Part shown: positions 59,781 through 64,000 of the stretch, one piece after another | Layout of the letters: each line of letters begins with the position of its first letter | Position numbering within the stretch: position 1 is the stretch's first letter | From: an uncultured bacterium | Lineage (GTDB): Bacteria > Oederibacteriota > JAAXVQ01 > JAUVAV01 | Assembly: GCA_963710755.1 (NCBI GenBank) | Contig: CAVQBK010000002.1 | Coordinates: forward strand, 96,001 to 160,000 | DNA: 64,000 nt | Reading direction: 5' to 3' | Made by a program: the position numbers and the translations under genes | The notes under the pieces: model-generated | The model's database searches: none | What the model was told of the DNA's origin: nothing | Seen by the model: only the letters and a program-made list of their open reading frames with translations

Positions 59781-61643
59781 TCAAGCCTTAATTACAGGCC
59801 GTCCGGGATGGTACAGGCTGACTTTTATTAGGCCGCGGACCGCATTGGTCAAGTAAAGTTGATCTGCACTTAAAAGATCGCGCACGGTGAGCGATTTTTC
59901 CCGGGCATGTTGTTGCGCTATGACGACTTGACGCATGACCCCTGGCAATAGCCCGTCCCGGACCGGAGGGGTAAACCAGATATTATTTTTCACCACAAAG
60001 ATGTTGGTAATCGAGCCTTCGGTTACTTTTCCTTGTTTGTTGCAAAATACATAATCTGTTAAACTTCGGACCCGTGCCTTTTGTGTGTAGCGATTGTAAA
60101 AATCACGATTAGTAGTTTTGTGGTAAAGAAACAGATGCGACGAAGTCACCTGTTCCTTCGCCAGTTGGATGCGTCCCGGCAAGACTTCCGGGGCAAGTGG
60201 CAAACTGCTCAGGGTTATTTGGCCTGCGCTGTTCAACAACAGCCGCAAGCGATGCGGCTGTGAGGCATCAAGACGTCTGATCATGGCCAAAAGTTGCCTT
60301 TGCAGAACCTGTTCCTGAAAGGGGATGTGAAAATAGGCGGCCGATTGTCGGAGCCGTTCTAAATGCCTGTCCAGATGCCTTATTCCCCGCTCGGGATGGC
60401 CAAACATGGTTTCGATCAATTCATAATTTTTACCAAGGCCGGTCAGAAAACGACTCTTAACATGGCATTCCTGCCATTCCGCTTTGGCCTTGGAATCGCT
60501 TACAATACCACTACCAATGCCACAAGTCAGATGCTTATCCTGAGGGTTAAGTTGTACTGTCCGGATCGGGACATTAAAGCAGGCGTCGCCATTGGGCAGG
60601 ATATAGCCCAGGGCCCCGGTATAAATACCGCGCGGCTTTTGTTCCATAGCGCGGATTAACTTCATGGTTTCCACTTTGGGCGCTCCCGTGACCGAACCGC
60701 AGGGAAACAAAGCACGAAAGAGTTCCAACCAGGACACGCCCGCTCTGAGCTTACCTTCCACTGTAGAGGTCATTTGAAACAGAGTACGATAAGACTCCAC
60801 CTGAAACAACTTCCTGGTACGCACCGAACCTGTCCGGCAAAGCCGGCCCAAGTCATTGCGCAGCAGATCGACAATCATTATGTTTTCAGCCCGATTTTTA
60901 AAAGATGAGGCCAGCTTGGTTTCCCGGAGGCGGTCTGTAGCCGGATCACTGCTGCGTGCTGCTGTTCCTTTCATAGGTTTAACCATAATTTCATCGCCCT
61001 GCTTGGAGAAGAATAATTCGGGAGACAAAGATAGAATCCAATCCTCTTTCCGTCGGAGGATGGCAGCGTAACCTACAGGTTGGGCATGAAACAAATCATG
61101 GAAAAGCGCGACGGCATCGCCACCAAAGTGGCCTTGCAAGGGAAAAGTGAAATTCACCTGATAAGTCCGGCCTGCGGCAATCGCTGTTTGGATACGCCTG
61201 AACTGGCGACGGTATTGGGTAAAAGTCATATCCGTCTCCACACGGCGAAGCCAATAAGCCGGCCAGTGCTGATGATTTTGACGATGACGTTTCAGCCAGG
61301 TCTTCATCAGTGCCGGAGAATAAGTGACAGCTTGTTTAAAAAAGCCCAACCATCCGAGCAAGGCAGGGGATGGAGTCAAAGCCTGCATTTTTTTTTCAAA
61401 ACCATAGCCCGCTTCATAATGCAAGGCGCCGGCCAGGGAATAGCCTTGGTTCAAATGGCGCGGTACTTGTTTTAGCATGCGCTCCAGAGTGTCATGATTA
61501 TCAATTTGAAACTGTTGCTTTAAATCATGGAGTAGAAGTCCCGCCGCTTGCCGGCCACCGTGTGGTTTAAAATAATAAAATGCAAAGGGCTCTTGCTGGG
61601 TGCTCAGGCTTTCCAGCAGGTGGAGGTTGGTTTTACTGGCCAT
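59781..61643 (-). CDS. pabB: Aminodeoxychorismate synthase component I fused to ADC lyase (PabB-PabC)
   Basis: TYQVN, SPELF, PMKGT, MIVDLLRND, SVTGAPK; class IV aminotransferase HLERL, HKTT, EGSITN, LLPGVMR. Confidence 0.92.
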   Translation of the reverse strand: MASKTNLHLLESLSTQQEPFAFYYFKPHGGRQAAGLLLHDLKQQFQIDNHDTLERMLKQVPRHLNQGYSLAGALHYEAGYGFEKKMQALTPSPALLGWLGFFKQAVTYSPALMKTWLKRHRQNHQHWPAYWLRRVETDMTFTQYRRQFRRIQTAIAAGRTYQVNFTFPLQGHFGGDAVALFHDLFHAQPVGYAAILRRKEDWILSLSPELFFSKQGDEIMVKPMKGTAARSSDPATDRLRETKLASSFKNRAENIMIVDLLRNDLGRLCRTGSVRTRKLFQVESYRTLFQMTSTVEGKLRAGVSWLELFRALFPCGSVTGAPKVETMKLIRAMEQKPRGIYTGALGYILPNGDACFNVPIRTVQLNPQDKHLTCGIGSGIVSDSKAKAEWQECHVKSRFLTGLGKNYELIETMFGHPERGIRHLDRHLERLRQSAAYFHIPFQEQVLQRQLLAMIRRLDASQPHRLRLLLNSAGQITLSSLPLAPEVLPGRIQLAKEQVTSSHLFLYHKTTNRDFYNRYTQKARVRSLTDYVFCNKQGKVTEGSITNIFVVKNNIWFTPPVRDGLLPGVMRQVVIAQQHAREKSLTVRDLLSADQLYLTNAVRGLIKVSLYHPGRPVIKA

Positions 61644-61732
61644 GCCTTTATCCTATCATCATGATGGCTAGCGCTGCGACCGCAGGGCCAACTAATGGTT
61701 CCCTCTGCTCGTCACGTGCACATTAAGAGAAT

Positions 61733-61765
61733 AAAAAACCCCTCCTGGATTAGGCCAGGAGGGGG
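61733..61765 (-). terminator. Intrinsic terminator after rplL
   Basis: A6-CCCCTCCTGG-loop-CCAGGAGGGG. Confidence 0.85.
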
Positions 61766-61797
61766 ATGAGAATCCAACGACCAAAGGCCGCAGTCTT

Positions 61798-62184
61798 TTA
61801 TTTCACCTCAATGACAGCGCCTGCTTCTTCCAGCTTGGTCTTTAAGGTTTCAGATTCTTCTTTACTGACGCCTTCCTTGATCGGCTTGGGTGCGTTGTCC
61901 ACCAAGTCTTTGGCCTCTTTCAGGCCCAGTCCGGTCAATTCGCGAACCACTTTGATCACTTGGATTTTCTTGTCGCCCGCACTGGTCAACACGACATTAA
62001 AGGACGTCTTTTCTTCTGCCGCTGCTTCCGCTCCGGCACCGCCGGCAGGCATCATGCCGCCCATCATTACGGGAGCTGCCGCTGAGACACCAAACTTTTC
62101 TTCCATCGCTTTGACCAATTCGGAAATTTCCAAAACCGTCATGTTGCCAATGACATCAATCAATTCTTCTTTTGTTACCGCCAT
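61798..62184 (-). CDS. rplL: 50S ribosomal protein L7/L12
   Basis: [30 protein letters not shown]. Confidence 0.98.
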   Translation of the reverse strand: MAVTKEELIDVIGNMTVLEISELVKAMEEKFGVSAAAPVMMGGMMPAGGAGAEAAAEEKTSFNVVLTSAGDKKIQVIKVVRELTGLGLKEAKDLVDNAPKPIKEGVSKEESETLKTKLEEAGAVIEVK

Positions 62185-62325
62185 GATCTTAATCCTCCTG
62201 ATTTTTCTGATTATTAAATTCGAGATGTATTTTTGCTTTTAACTAAGCCGTTAAGCCGGAGATCTTTTTCTGCAGGAGCGTAAAATCTCCCGCCCTTACC
62301 AATGAGTTGGAGTAAGTCGAACCCG

Positions 62326-62859
62326 CTAGGCGGCTTCTTTTTCTTTTTTCTCTTTCAAGGCATTGAGCGCATAAACCAGATTTTGCGTAGTGCCACGCAT
62401 CACCGTCATCAAACTCTTAACCGGTGCTTGCAGTGTTCCCAGAACCATGCCCAGCAGAACTTCACGCGAGGGCAACGAAGCAATGGCTTTGACTTGATCC
62501 ATACTAACCACTTTGCCGTCAATATAACCGGCTTTAATCTTGAGAAATTCATTTTTCTTCGCGAAGTCCAATAACACTTTGGCAGAAGCTGCCACATCGT
62601 CGCTGAGAAATCCAACCGCAACGGGCCCTTCCATTTGACCATTCATTTCTTCCATACCGACGTCCTTAAACAATCTTTTGGACAAGGTATTTTTGAGTAC
62701 TTTGAGCTGCACGCCTGCTTTACGCAGCGCGGCCCGGAATTCGGTCATTTCCTGGACATTCATGCCCCGGTATTCGGTCAAAACCACGTTTTTGTTGTTA
62801 TCCAAAATGGTTTTAACTTTTTCTAGAACTTCGGATTTTTTGCTCTTACTGGTGGCCAT
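62326..62859 (-). CDS. rplJ: 50S ribosomal protein L10
   Basis: EYRGMNV, VLKNTL, LPSREVLL; upstream of rplL. Confidence 0.96.
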   Translation of the reverse strand: MATSKSKKSEVLEKVKTILDNNKNVVLTEYRGMNVQEMTEFRAALRKAGVQLKVLKNTLSKRLFKDVGMEEMNGQMEGPVAVGFLSDDVAASAKVLLDFAKKNEFLKIKAGYIDGKVVSMDQVKAIASLPSREVLLGMVLGTLQAPVKSLMTVMRGTTQNLVYALNALKEKKEKEAA

Positions 62860-62925
62860 CGTTTTCACCTTCCTTTCTTTAAAAATGAACCCGGTTGTTC
62901 GCCAAAGGAAATCGGGTTTAAAAAC

Positions 62926-63075
62926 AAAAACCCCGGCCGCACCTGGCCGGGGTTTAATGACCTAAAGAGCACGTCAAGCCTGCCCTTAAAACGGTTGGTT
63001 AAACTCCCGATCTCGGTGGGCCAGAGGGCTTTACGCCTCTGTTTAAGCCGACAGTACGGCACCAACGGTCTTCAA
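62926..63075 (-). ncRNA. L10 leader with attenuator hairpin
   Basis: Minus strand GAAGACCGTTGG...CTTAA...CCCACCGAGATC, then the hairpin CCCCGGCC...GGCCGGGG-T5 (62926-62955) before rplJ. Confidence 0.75.
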
Positions 63076-63173
63076 TCGGACTGTGTTTTTTACAATTGTC
63101 TGGCGATACCTTGCCTAAAGCAGGTGCTCAACATATTGATCCCCTACAAAAGGAAAAAACGCCCACTACAAAT

Positions 63174-63872
63174 TTATTTCGTTGAGAACTGGGTTAACTC
63201 CAGCCGGACACCGGGCCCCATGGAAGTCGAGAGCGCCACGGCTTTCATATACTGACCTTTGGCACCGGATGGTTTGGCCTTCAAAATCGTCTCCACGGCG
63301 TATTTGGTGTTGTCCACCATTTTTCCCTTGCCAAAGGAGATTTTACCAATACCCAGGTTCACCAAGCCTTCATTGTTGACGCGATATTCCACTCTTCCGG
63401 CTTTGACTTCTTTAATAGCCTGGCTGACATTCTGTGCAACGGTGCCGGCTTTGGGATTGGGCATCATGCCTTTGGTTCCCAGAATCTTACCCAGTTTACC
63501 CACTTCTCGCATAACATCGGGTGTGGCAATTACCGTGTCGAATTCAAACCAGCCACCCTGGATTTTTTCAATAATATCTTCGAATCCGGCATAATCAGCA
63601 CCCGCTTCTTTGGCGGCAGCGATATTTTCACCTTTGGTGATCACGCAGATGCGTTTACTCTTGCCGGTGCCGTGAGGCAGCACCATGGTGCCGCGCACTT
63701 GTTGATCAGCTTTTTTGGGATTAACACCCAGGCGAATGGAAACCTCCAGAGATTCGTCAAATTTTGCTTTCTTGGCCGACATCAGGAAGTCTATAGCTTC
63801 GTCCAGCGACTTCAAGGTGGTCCGGTCCATCATTTTTTTATTTTCTAAAACCCGTTTGCTTATTTTACTCAT
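63174..63872 (-). CDS. rplA: 50S ribosomal protein L1
   Basis: [35 protein letters not shown]; ATG 63872 after GGAGG. Confidence 0.98.
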   Translation of the reverse strand: MSKISKRVLENKKMMDRTTLKSLDEAIDFLMSAKKAKFDESLEVSIRLGVNPKKADQQVRGTMVLPHGTGKSKRICVITKGENIAAAKEAGADYAGFEDIIEKIQGGWFEFDTVIATPDVMREVGKLGKILGTKGMMPNPKAGTVAQNVSQAIKEVKAGRVEYRVNNEGLVNLGIGKISFGKGKMVDNTKYAVETILKAKPSGAKGQYMKAVALSTSMGPGVRLELTQFSTK

Positions 63873-63883
63873 GATATCCTCCT

Positions 63884-63920
63884 GTGGTTCCAACGGATAG
63901 CCTTCCGGCCATCCTCCCAC
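63884..63920 (-). promoter_or_regulatory. L1-binding autoregulatory element between rplK and rplA
   Basis: Minus strand GTGGGAGGATGGCC-GGAA-GGCTATCCG...AACCAC abutting the rplA RBS. Confidence 0.65.
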
Positions 63921-63948
63921 TTAACTAGGCCCGAATGCGCGGGCCCGC

Positions 63949-64000
63949 TTAACCTTCGACTTTAATGCCCATGCTCCGGGCCGTGCCTTCCACCATGCGC
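63949..64000 (-). CDS. rplK: 50S ribosomal protein L11, 3' end (partial)
   Basis: RMVEGTARSMGIKVEG* at the window edge. Confidence 0.93.
   Translation of the reverse strand, partial: RMVEGTARSMGIKVEG

Noticed and set aside
59781-61643. PabB-PabC fusion as a novelty
   Set aside because: This fusion is already known in many bacteria.

Overview
Chromosomal window from a probably diderm, anaerobic or microaerotolerant bacterium (lipoproteins, a beta-barrel candidate, rubrerythrin/FprA, PPDK). Most genes lie on the minus strand. Housekeeping content: an EF-G paralogue, M18 aminopeptidase, a PerR-rubrerythrin-NROR-FprA oxygen-defence operon, SAM-I-controlled metX-metW, tRNA-Gly/Cys/Leu, tyrS, PBP1A, recO-glyQ-glyS-ppdK, ybeY-corC, aspS, an ECF sigma/anti-sigma/Spy module, ligA, queH-mutM, pncB, a pabB-pabC fusion and rplK-rplA-rplJ-rplL with L1 and L10 leaders. 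No integrase, transposase, prophage or CRISPR-Cas was recognised. The most unusual locus is 18.1-21.6 kb: a sigma54 activator, then a 12.3 x 42 bp spacer-less tandem array (each unit carries TATAAT; on the minus strand it reads as a protamine-like (LRSPDRKRYYRKGT)12 ORF), then a lipoprotein with a second membrane anchor and a histone-H1-like tail. Other items worth checking: an H1-like tail on PPDK, a MerR-HTH/GGDNF fusion, a GGDEF with a DUF4032-like input domain, an SgmX-like TPR plus ExeA ATPase pair, an unassigned structured leader before nifU, degenerate GTAG-type REP and MITE-like elements, and rplL not followed by rpoB. All calls come from reading motifs by eye; no searches were run, and refined start codons are based on RBS position.
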